Positions 52,744 to 63,720 of a stretch of DNA of 64,000 bases are shown one piece after another. Made by a program: the position numbers and the translations under genes. The notes under the pieces were generated by a model. That model did not search any database, had not been told where the DNA came from, and worked only from the letters and a program-made list of their open reading frames with translations. The number at the start of each line of letters is the position of its first letter. Positions within the stretch are counted from its first letter, which is position 1. The stretch comes from Octopus bimaculoides (taxonomy: Eukaryota): the NCBI RefSeq assembly GCF_001194135.2, contig NC_069002.1, positions 16,448,978-16,512,977 on the forward strand, written 5' to 3'.

Positions 52744-52982
52744 TGATCAGCATTTGCATATTAAGAGCTTCGTTGAGGCATGCCAAAGGAGCAAGTAGTT
52801 GTCACGTCGAAAGCATCACGTTAAAGAAGCTTAGAAAATGCGCGAAGCGCTTTAAGTACTGGTTTTACTACTCATGCACACTCGAGGGGCTTCCGGGAAG
52901 GCAAGTCCCTTGCGCATGCGTAGATTGTACTTCCTTAATGGCGGCCATAATTTCGCGCCTCTACAAAATAAACTTCTGATCA
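52744..52982. promoter_or_regulatory. CpG-rich island with housekeeping-promoter-like motifs inside intron 12
   Basis: About 15 CpG in 250 bp. ATTTGCAT at 52752, CTTCCGG at 52890, TGCGCATGCG at 52911, ATGGCGGC at 52938, TTTCGCGC at 52951. Confidence 0.4.
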
Positions 52983-54774
52983 ATAGTGTTCCAATCATGA
53001 TCATCCTATATTACTTTGTCAGACATAATATGCAAATATAGTGTGATATGTCAGAGATTAGGTTGTTATTTCTAGCAGGTTAAGCAACTGTGTAAGAACG
53101 GCATTTTTAACTTGTAATTATTGTTGCTGTTGGTGTCTGTAAAACCAATTCCATAGTGTCTGGTTAAGTCAGCCATTTGAAAACCTTGGGATTCTGAATG
53201 TTGAGTTCCTATCTTTGGAGAACTGTGAAGATGATGTGTTCTTTATTGTGTAAACATATTCATTGGTTTCTCTCAAAGAGTCGATCTTGTTTCTCCAGAT
53301 TTCAAGTCAAGTGAGACACTTGGAGCATTGCTTTTGTGTCTACAGCTTCCTCTATTCTCTCTCTCTCTCTCTCTCGCTCACACACACCTACACACACCCA
53401 CACAGAATATATCTAGGACTACATTAACCATTGGGTTCTTCCATTTTATTTTTAAGGATAGGTTGGAATTTGCGATTTTAGGGACATCTGGTCGTTAATT
53501 CTAGCAAATCGATTGACCACGTGTAAACAGTAGTAGAATGATGATATCGTTAACCACTTGCTAAGTTGACGAAGCCAATAGAAAATGTTTATGAAAGTTG
53601 TAAGGAATTATTTCCCTTGACACGGTTATCCCCCTTGAGATATTATTTTCCTTGACATGGTTATATTCCCATTGACATGGTAATTTACTTTTATATCCTA
53701 CAGAAATAATGTTTGTAAATGTCGACTGTTTTTTGTCGCAGCTTGACAAAGGAATTCCTTGTCCAAGGGCCCGGGAACAGGGGGTGCATGGGGCACACTT
53801 GCACCCCCTAAAATTTTGTTGGGGTGCAAAATTCAATATTGCACCTCCTACTTACCTTTCTCAGGCTTAGAAAATAGTGTTTAAAAATTGATCTGCAGAA
53901 AGCTAGTTAAGTTAGATTTCTTCACAAAACAAGAACAAAACACTAAAATAAATAAAAAGAAAATTCCCCAAATCCCTAGAAAGATATATTACTGAACTAA
54001 AGCATCATCCTCATCATCAACATCATCTTTTAACGTCCGCTTTCTATGCTGGCATTGGTTGGATGGTTTGAATAAGGACTGGCAAGCCAGAAGGCTGCAC
54101 CAGGCTCCAAGGCTTCTACAGCTAGATGCCCTTTCTAATGCCAACCACTCCGAGAGTATAGTGGGTGCTTTTTACATGGCACCAGCACAGGAGCCAGTCA
54201 GGTGGCACTGGCATCAACCACTCCCGAATGGTGCTCTTTACATGACACCGGCATGGGACCAGCCGGGTGTCACTGGCATCGACCGTGTTCGTATGGTGCT
54301 TTTTACGTGCTAACGGCACGTATGCAAGTCAGGCGGTACTGGCATTGGCTACAACAATGATTTTACTTCATTCAACAGGTTTTCTCAAGCACAGTATATT
54401 GCCCAATGATTGAAGGATGCTCTTAAATGGGCCGGTTATGTGCCACTGGCATATCAAGAGACCTTCTTCATCATTGTCATCATGTTCTACTGCCTGCTAC
54501 TATCCTTAACACAAACAATAGCAACAAGTTCAGCACTGGAAGTCACTCTTCGCTACTAGCACAATTGATGACCCATTAAACTCCACGATCAAGAACCCTT
54601 CAGTGTGACTATCCACTTCCTCATTTCCTCTGTATATCATAACTGGCTCATCATCATCATCATTTCCATCATGTTCTACTACTACTACTACTACCCTTAA
54701 CACAACTAAACAATAGCAGCAACAACAAAATCAACATTGGAAGTTACTCATCAATACTAGAACAATTGATGACC

Positions 54775-54975
54775 TACAGTTCTATGTATAAGAGATGTGG
54801 AATTATGTACATTACTTACATTATTTACAATTGACGGATATTTGTCCTCATCTTGTTTGTTGTTAACACAATTTCCCCAAGACATCTGATGAAGGCTGGA
54901 GGGTATATCAGCCGAAACGTTATGTTAATAACAAACAAGATGAGGACAAATATCCGTCAATTGTAAATAATGTAA
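54775..54975 (+). mobile_element. Fold-back element (family B) with 55-bp inverted arms, hammerhead loop and 11-bp TSD, intron 12
   Basis: Arms 54816-54870 and 54921-54975 have 2 mismatches. AATTGATGACC is repeated at 54764-54774 and 54975-54985. A 41-nt unpaired tail lies at 54775-54815. Confidence 0.85.
54881..54926 (+). ncRNA. Minimal type I hammerhead ribozyme motif
   Basis: GACAT-CTGATGA-A-GGCTG(GAGGGTATAT)CAGCC-GAAA-CGTT-ATGTT: intact core, 5-bp stem II, palindromic AACGTT in place of helix III, 5-bp stem I with one G-U pair. Confidence 0.8.
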
Positions 54976-55589
54976 ATTGATGACCAGTTAAACAACAATC
55001 TCTAACTCCAGCCAGGTTATTGTGATTCTTCTCAGAATAACACAAGAGATCCATCATCACGATTGTTATCCTATTCTACTGCACAACCATTACCACTATT
55101 ACTACTACAATTTATGAAGAAGCACTCCTTTATTCCCCAATTGTCCATGTTAATACCTTCTACACATGTAATCCAGAATCCTAAAATCTTTTGCTATCAC
55201 CATCACAAAAGATTATGTCTCNNNNNNNNNNNNNNNNNNNNNNNNNNNNNNNNNNNNNNNNNNNNNNNNNNNNNNNNNNNNNNNNNNNNNNNNNNNNNNN
55301 NNNNNNNNNNNNNNNNNNNNNNNNNNNNNNNNNNNNNNNNNNNNNNNNNNNNNNNNNNNNNNNNNNNNNNNNNNNNNNNNNNNNNNNNTAATCCAGAATC
55401 CTAAAATCTTTTGCTATCACCATCACAAAAGATTATGTCTCTTCTTCCAGGGACTACATGCATTAGCAAAAGCATGACACCAAATTTACAGTCGAGCAAT
55501 GTAACAATGAAATAGATAATTTTGTTCCATTGGAAAAAAATTGGCCCTAGTTGTCTGAATGACAGAACTATCTGACTAACAAAGAATTT

Positions 55590-55990
55590 TGAGAGGGCTC
55601 TTATATTTAGATTTAGTGCTTTTTGTGTCTCTCCTATCTTGAATGCTGAAGAGAGAGATATACTATCACATACATATGGAAAATTCTGTTCTAAACTTCA
55701 ACATTAGAGAGAATTTTAGTTCACAAACTGTTAGACACTGTCAGCTTCCAAATATACCACCTTCGAAATCACAAGAAAGAACACTTTATTGTATGAGTGT
55801 GATACTCAGAGGTCCTCAACTGTTAAACTGCTTGCCTAAAGTAATCAGAATATCAAAGAAATCTCTACTGAAATATTAAACAAAAAGAAACATTGGATAA
55901 ACTCCTAACAATAAAACTGGACCAATCAGCCATTGATGGATGCACTCAGAGGAGATTAGCTGCCACCAACTCAATCACAGCCCAACTTCC
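55590..55990 (+). mobile_element. Decayed CR1/L2-like LINE ORF2 3' end
   Basis: LSYLEC*RERYTITYIWKIL, RHCQLPNI...ILRGPQLLNCLPKVIR and LDKLL...RRLAATNSI, broken by stops and frameshifts. Confidence 0.75.
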
Positions 55991-56513
55991 AGCTATAAAG
56001 TGACAACAAAACCGATAGAAAATAAATGAAAGTGGTCCTACAACTAAAACTGCCCAACCGCATGGTTTGGGGTTCAGTCCTATTGTGTGGCAACTTGGGC
56101 AAGTGCCTTCTTCTATAGCCTTGGGTGAACCAGAGCCTTGTCAGAGGATTTGGAAGACAGAAATGAAGCCCATCATATTTATATATGCGTATGTGTGTAT
56201 ATACATAATATATATATATACACACATACATGCATGTATATGCATACATACATATANNNNNNNNNNNNNNNNNNNNNNNNNNNNNNNNNNNNNNNNNNNN
56301 NNNNNNNNNNNNNNNNNNNNNNNNNNNNNNNNNNNNNNNNNNNNNNNNNNNNNNNNNNNNNNNNNNNNNNNNNNNNNNNNNNNNNNNNNNNNNNNNNNNN
56401 NNNNNNNNNNNNNNNNNNNNNNNNNNNNNNNNNNNNNNNNNNNNNNNNNNNNNNNNNNNNNNNNNNNNNNNNNNNNNNNNNNNNNNNNNNNNNNNNNNNN
56501 NNNNNNNNNNNNN

Positions 56514-56546
<33 letters not shown>

Positions 56547-57508
56547 TATATAAATATACATGTATATATATTTTAAATACGTCATCTAATAACATAATGT
56601 AATACATATGTACTCTAAGTGCTCAAGTTGGTTTACCATTAAAACTTCAGCTTGAACACCAGCTGAAACAAAGGCGTTTTTGAAGCTGCCTATCAAATGT
56701 GGCTATAAGTGTTTCATCATTGAGATAGTAGATATATATTAGAAAGAGAGATGAACAAGTAAAACATGTGGTGTCACTTTAGAGTATGTAATCTATAATT
56801 CAAACATAATTACCTAATCACGGATTAAGGTAATAAGGTGCAATAGAATCTTGACAACCCACCAATATTTTTACAAAACATTGTGCATTGGGATCCATTT
56901 CTTCAAATAAAACAAGACATTTATCTAAATGAGAAAAAGCCTTTTGCATTTTCTTCAAGAGTCATGTGGTTTAGTGGTTAGGGTGTTGGACTCATGATCA
57001 TAAGATTGTGGTTTCGATTCCTGGATCAGGCAGTGCGTTGTGTTCTTATATATATATATTCCATAACATCTATCATTTCTTTAGTCCTTAGATCCATTAT
57101 ATCTCTGCATCAACATCTGTACACCATCACGACTTCTAGTAAGTCAGGGAAACTCTGCATGGTTGCTTAACCTTCTAGAAAATAACAACCAGATTTCTTC
57201 CAACCACACTCTTACTGTTTTAGAAGGGGGTCAAACAAAGTTGACTTTGTGATTAATAAGATCAATAACTAATATGTAACCATCATCATTATCATTTAAT
57301 GTCTGTTTTCTTTGCTGGCATGGGTTGGATGGTTTATCAGGAGCTGGCTAGATTGAAGACTGCACCAAGCTTCACTGTCTGTTTTGGCATGGTTTTTACG
57401 GTTGGGTGCCCTTCCTAACGCCAACCACCTTACAGAGTGGACAGTGTTTTTTACATGGAACATTGCTATTGTTTTAATGTTCTAATGTTCTGTTTCTCTA
57501 TTCCACAG

Positions 57509-57604
57509 CTGCTGTGGCTGAAAGATTTTTAAAAACAGTGGACAGTGCATGTGTTTTCCATAATATTAGCACACGTTTTTCTGATGGATACAGGTTTGGA
57601 TTAG
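57509..57604 (+). CDS. ALDH18A1: P5CS coding exon 13
   Basis: ccacag|CT GCT...TTA G|gtaagt. (A)[31 protein letters not shown]. Confidence 0.96.
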
Positions 57605-58008
57605 GTAAGTAACTATATCTCCTCTCTGTTTTGCACAGATTCAGTTATATTAGTTTATTGTTACACTAGTCTACTGTTATTCTAACCACTTATATTTGTC
57701 AATATGGAGTAACTAACACACCAATAATATCATCAACAACATTCCAAAATTTTGCTATTGATAACTGACTCAGCAAAATTACATCAGCTTCACTTTTGTA
57801 ATTAATTAGTTAATTAAGATCTAATCTGGAATTGAAAGAAAATGGTGATAATCTGTGTTATTCATAAATATTCCACAGGAGGAGAGCTTTTTTTTTTTTG
57901 AAGAATTTGTTAATTTCATTTTGTGTAATTAATTAGTTGCTTACTTTCAGTTAAATCAGAAATTAAAACAATTATATTATAAATGATGAACCCTTGTTAT
58001 TTTTTCAG

Positions 58009-58175
58009 GGGCTGAGGTTGGAATCAGTACAAGTCGTATCCATGCAAGGGGCCCTGTTGGAGTTGAAGGGTTACTGACCACAAAATGGGTCCTAAGGGGA
58101 GAAGGTCAAACAGTCTCTGACTTTTCCACTGGGAAACTATCTTATACCCATGAAAGCATTCCAGTCAAGGAATAG
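58009..58175 (+). CDS. ALDH18A1: P5CS coding exon 14 with TAG stop
   Basis: tttcag|GG GCT...GAA TAG. (G)[30 protein letters not shown]...IPVKE* contains the ProA GISTxxxHARGPVG signature. Confidence 0.97.
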
Positions 58176-58490
58176 TTAACATTGGACTCTAGTGAGTCAC
58201 ATGCGTCTGGTGGAGTTTCCTGGGAACAAGTTTACATGAAAGACAAACACCAACAACATCAAACATAGAAGTGATGATAACAATAACAGCTTTAAGAACA
58301 ACAAACAACAATGACAACAACAAGCCTCATAATAATGAAAAGTTTGAGAACAGCAACGCTTATGAACAACTATAAATACAAGAACAACAACAGAAGCTGT
58401 CACAGTGTTAACAACAGCCATAGCCAAGAACAACTAAACCAACAACCACAAACCAAATTTTTATAAAAAAAACCTCACGAAAACAGTTTT

Positions 58491-58664
58491 AATAAAGACA
58501 GCTGTAACGCTAAGAAGAAGAACAACAACAGTTACAACAATAATTAATTGAATATTGTTATGGTAACACCTTTAGTTTTAATCTACATTAATGTCTGCAG
58601 CTAAAATAAAATATGATTTTTTTTTTCCTCCTGATTAAATGAGAAGTGCGTAATTCCAAATAAA
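58491..58664 (+). promoter_or_regulatory. Candidate polyadenylation signals of the P5CS 3' UTR
   Basis: AATAAA at 58491, 58605 and 58659, 300-500 nt after the stop, followed by T-rich sequence. Which one is used cannot be told from sequence alone. Confidence 0.4.
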
Positions 58665-60053
58665 GGTGGAATGGATAATTCCAGATAAATGAGGAATGGA
58701 AAATTCCGGAGTTACAATATTGACTGGTTCTATACATCAAGTACAGCTTTAAGCAAACTCTCTAGTCATACATGACGATATATTTTACAACTTCCATCCA
58801 ACAGCTGTTTTCTGTGTCGACTTTGAAAAAGCAAAAATTTACTTTGAAATTCTTTAAAAACAACAAAATTATGTAATTAAAAACAATTATTTTTTGGAGT
58901 TAAGCCATTCATGTTATTTTTTCCTGCCATCATCAAATCATTAGCTTTTCTTATCTTGCACTTTTTGTTGCTTTCTTTATCTTTCTTTTTTTTAAATTCT
59001 ATTTGGCTACGTAATCAATAGATTCTTACTTGATTATTTCATTTAACTTTATATTTAATGAAGATATTGGAAAGTTCAAGTTAAATGTATTTAACTTTGT
59101 ATATTAATGTATGGATATATATGTGTATATGTGTGTGTGTGTGTATATACACATTTATATATATACATATATATATATATGAGCGTGGCCGTTGCCAGTA
59201 CCGCCTGATTGGCCCTTGTGCCGGTGGCACATAAAAGCACCCACTACACTCTCGGAGTGGTTGGCGTTAGGAAGGGCATCCAGCTGTAGAAACTCTGCCA
59301 GATCAGACTGGAGCCTGGTGCAGCCTTCTGGTTTGCCAATCCTCAGTCAAATCGTCCAACCCATACTAGCATGGAAAGCGAACGTTAAATGATGATGATA
59401 ATACAGAATTATGTTGATACATCAGTGTCTCAGTATCTATATTTATCTATCTATCTTTCTATATGTAGATATATCACCTGCATAAAGAAGTGCTGAGCTC
59501 TAATTCTGGAGGGAACCCATGTAAGGGGTCAACCCAGTAAGGATCTTCAGACACTGGGTTTCACTGAGGCAGTAACAAGGGACTGGGAGTTGTGGTGATT
59601 TGCTATACTTGAGAAGACTTGTCAAACCAAGTAGAATTGTTGTCATCCATACGAACAAGCTTAGTCCGTACAGGTGCTGGTGCCACATAAAGTGCACTTG
59701 TGCTGGTGCTGCGTAGATGCAGTCATGTCGGTGGCATGTAAAAGGTACCCAGCACACTCTGTGAAGTGGTTGGTGTTAGGACGGGCATTCAGCCATAGAA
59801 ACTACGCCACAACAGACAACCGGCGTCTGAATAACTCCTTGGTTGGCCAGTTCCATGTCAAACCATCAAACCTACGCCAGCATGGAAAACAGACGTTAGA
59901 TGTTTATATATATATATATGCATGCATACATACATACATACATACATACATACATTCATACATACATATATACATACATACATGCATATACATACATACA
60001 TACACATACATACATTCATACATACATATATATATATATATATAAGCAATAAT

Positions 60054-60375
60054 AAATCTCTGAGCGAGATATAATCAGTAGCAGCAAGACATCATGAAGT
60101 ATATTTGCCACCTAAATGTGGCTGACCCTTAAGGGTCAATGGTATTGTAGTGTGTAGCCCCAGGAGAACATCTCCTCCAGCTGGCTATTGACACGCTGTC
60201 TGTGCCCTCACGCTGATGACAGGTTATTACCCAGAAACTTGGGTCCGTGTGTATCACAACAGACTGGAGATGGGAATGATGATTTCCCTTTGCAAATACT
60301 GATAGGGCACAGACAATGTGTCAATAGCCAGCTGGGGGAGATGTCTTCCTGGGGCTATAAACAATAGTAGCATTG
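60054..60375 (+). mobile_element. Second, internally deleted family A fold-back element
   Basis: Shares the tail (AAATCTCTGA..), left arm and right arm with 12701-13165. The left arm is cut after TGTGCCCT. Confidence 0.8.
60209..60249 (+). ncRNA. Type I hammerhead ribozyme motif
   Basis: CACG-CTGATGA-C-AGGT(TATT)ACCC-A-GAAA-CTTGG-GTC-CGTG: stem I CACG/CGTG, intact core, imperfect stem II. Confidence 0.65.
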
Positions 60376-60501
60376 TCCCGTATGTATGTATGTATGTATG
60401 AATGTATGTATGTATGTATGAATATATGCATGCATATATATATATATAAACATCTAACGTCTGTTTTCCATGCTGGTGTAGGTTATTATATTATATTATA
60501 T

Positions 60502-60535
<34 letters not shown>

Positions 60536-61377
60536 NNNNNNNNNNNNNNNNNNNNNNNNNNNNNNNNNNNNNNNNNNNNNNNNNNNNNNNNNNNNNNNNN
60601 NNNNNNNNNNNNNNNNNNNNNNNNNNNNNNNNNNNNNNNNNNNNNNNNNNNNNNNNNNNNNNNNNNNNNNNNNNNNNNNNNNNNNNNNNNNNNNNNNNNN
60701 NNNNNNNNNNNNNNNNNNNNNNNNNNNNNNNNNNNNNNNNNNNNNNNNNNNNNNNNNNNNNNNNNNNNNNNNNNNNNNNNNNNNNNNNNNNNNNNNNNNN
60801 NNNNNNNNNNNNNNNNNNNNNNNNNNNNNNNNNNNNNNNNNNNNNNNNNNNNNNNNNNNNNNNNNNNNNNNNNNNNNNNNNNNNNNNNNNNNNNNNNNNN
60901 NNNNNNNNNNNNNNNNNNNNNNNNNNNNNNNNNNNNNNNNNNNNNNNNNNNNNNNNNNNNNNNNNNNNNNNNNNNNNNNNNNNNNNNNNNNNNNNNNNNN
61001 NNNNNNNNNNNNNNNNNNNNNNNNNNNNNNNNNNNNNNNNNNNNNNNNNNNNNNNNNNNNNNNNNNNNNNNNNNNNNNNNNNNNNNNNNNNNNNNNNNNN
61101 NNNNNNNNNNNNNNNNNNNNNNNNNNNNNNNNNNNNNNNNNNNNNNNNNNNNNNNNNNNNNNNNNNNNNNNNNNNNNNNNNNNNNNNNNNNNNNNNNNNN
61201 NNNNNNNNNNNNNNNNNNNNNNNNNNNNNNNNNNNNNNNNNNNNNNNNNNNNNNNNNNNNNNNNNNNNNNNNNNNNNNNNNNNNNNNNNNNNNNNNNNNN
61301 NNNNNNNNNNNNNNNNNNNNNNNNNNNNNNNNNNNNNNNNNNNNNNNNNNNNNTAGCGTTAAGAGGGCTCCAAGACG

Positions 61378-61495
61378 GTGATAGAATTTTACTCTATCAC
61401 GTGACCTTATTAGGGGCTGTGATTGGTCAGTTTGCGTTCTGGCGGGAAAGGTTCGAAGAAGTTGCCGATTCGAATAATGATCAGTCACGTGATGA
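61378..61495. promoter_or_regulatory. Promoter-like motif cluster in a CpG-rich block downstream of P5CS
   Basis: TCACGTGA at 61397 and GTCACGTGA at 61484, ATTGG (reverse CCAAT) at 61422, GGCGGGAAA at 61441. Confidence 0.35.
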
Positions 61496-63299
61496 CAAGG
61501 AATGGGTTCTCTACTACGCTCGCATTTATTTATATTTAAATGAGAAGATTGTATGTAATGGCGATAGTAGTTTGTATCTAATGGCGGGAGGTAGTTTCAC
61601 TACATATATATATATATATATATATGTAAGAGCACTCCGTCGGTTACGACGACGTGGGTCCCAGCTGATACGTTCAACGGAACAGCTTGCTCAAGAAATT
61701 AATGTGCAAGTGGCTGAGCACTCCATAGACAAGTGTACGCTTAACGTAGTTCTCAGGGAGACTCAGCGTGACACATAACGTGACAAGGCAGGCCCTTTGA
61801 AATACAGGTACTACTCATTTTTGCCAGCTGAGTGGACTGGAGCAACGTGAAATAACGTGTCTTGCTCAAGGACACAACACGTCGCCCGGAATCGAACTCA
61901 CGACCTTACAATCGTGGCAGGATTACTCATGTTCGCCAGCTGAGTGGACTGGAGCAAAGTTTGAATGAAGTGTTTTGCTCAAGAACGCAACGCGTCGCCC
62001 AGTCCTAGAATGGAAACCACAATCTTATGATCATGAGTCCAATACCCCTAAGCACTAAGCCACGCGCGTTCATATGCCTTGTGGGTGAACGGAAACTCTT
62101 TAGAAGCTCGTCGTGTGTGTGTGTGTGTGTGTGTGTCCACTCTACCGTTTGAAAACCAATGGTTTGTTTACGTCCTCGTAAACTTACGGTTCAGCAAAAG
62201 AGACTGATTAAATATGAACCAGACATTAGAAAAGAAACACTGGAAACGATTTATTCGACTAAACCCTCGAAGGAGGGGGTCACAGCACGGTCGGACACAC
62301 ACATACACACACGCAAGCACGTAAACATACACGTACGTAAAATGAAAATGTCGGAGTTACCCCCCTTTGACCGTAACCATACTTTATTAACGTGTGATTA
62401 TATATATATTTTTTTGTTGAATGCAACTGAAACTTTCATTCAAGTTCNNNNNNNNNNNNNNNNNNNNNNNNNNNNNNNNNNNNNNNNNNNNNNNNNNNNN
62501 NNNNNNNNNNNNNNNNNNNNNNNNNNNNNNNNNNNNNNNNNNNNNNNNNNNNNNNNNNNNNNNNNNNNNNNNNNNNNNNNNNNNNNNNNNNNNNNNNNNN
62601 NNNNNNNNNNNNNNNNNNNNNNNNNNNNNNNNNNNNNNNNNNNNNNNNNNNNNNNNNNNNNNNNNNNNNNNNNNNNNNNNNNNNNNNNNNNNNNNNNNNN
62701 NNNNNNNNNNNNNNNNNNNNNNNNNNNNNNNNNNNNNNNNNNNNNNNNNNNNNNNNNNNNNNNNNNNNNNNNNNNNNNNNNNNNNNNNNNNNNNNNNNNN
62801 NNNNNNNNNNNNNNNNNNNNNNNNNNNNNNNNNNNNNNNNNNNNNNNNNNNNNNNNNNNNNNNNNNNNNNNNNNNNNNNNNNNNNNNNNNNNNNNNNNNN
62901 NNNNNNNNNNNNNNNNNNNNNNNNNNNNNNNNNNNNNNNNNNNNNNNNNNNNNNNNNNNNNNNNNNNNNNNNNNNNNNNNNNNNNNNNNNNNNNNNNNNN
63001 NNNNNNNNNNNNNNNNNNNNNNNNNNNNNNNNNNNNNNNNNNNNNNNNNNNNNNNNNNNNNNNNNNNNNNNNNNNNNNNNNNNNNNNNNNNNNNNNNNNN
63101 NNNNNNNNNNNNNNNNNNNNNNNNNNNNNNNNNNNNNNNNNNNNNNNNNNNNNNNNNNNNNNNNNNNNNNNNNNNNNNNNNNNNNNNNNNNNNNNNNNNN
63201 NNNNNNNNNNNNNNNNNTATATATATATATATATATAACTGTGTGTGAGTACGCGTGTGTGTGTGTGTGCGTGCGTGTGCGCACGCGCACGCATGTTGC

Positions 63300-63720
63300 T
63301 CACGTCAGCAATAAAGTTGATATGGTTTCTGAGACGAGTTCCTGGATCCTCAGACCCGAGTCTCAGGTTGTTGTACTTTGGCTATTCGTCATGCCCCCTT
63401 TATTCTCCTTTCTCCGGTCATACCTAGAATATTGCGTCCTTCCCACCTGTGGTCTCCAAACAAAACATTATAAGATTCGAAACACTCAACAGAGCCATTA
63501 GGAAAATAATAACTGGCATGACTGATCTTTATTGAGACCGCATTAAAACAGAAACTCCGTTGTCTCTGCGGCAGCTACACCGGTCGTACAGTGTCGAGAA
63601 TATACTAATAACATTGCACCAAACGACCTTAATATCGAGTTTACAGTTCATCCAAGGCCGAAACCCTGTACAAAACACCTGGACAAATCAGGCTCGAACT
63701 CATAGCCATATTGCAACGCA
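63300..63720 (+). mobile_element. Decayed CR1/L2-like LINE ORF2 3' fragment
   Basis: SSWILR, LRSYLEYC, LWSPNK, RKIITGMTDLY*DRIK and IAPNDLNIEFTVHPR in shifting frames. Confidence 0.7.

Noticed and set aside
52744-52982. Box C/D scaRNA or RNase MRP interpretation (GTGATCA...CTGA; GCAAGTCCC)
   Set aside because: Box C is non-consensus, there is no clear guide complementarity, and the MRP/P CR-V motif is absent.
58173-58275. Stop-codon readthrough (about 30 open codons after the TAG)
   Set aside because: TAG-TTA is not a known leaky context, and an open stretch of this length is expected by chance.
1869-63303. Long ORFs in the supplied track (poly-[17 protein letters not shown])
   Set aside because: They run through N gaps or microsatellites and have no protein-like content.
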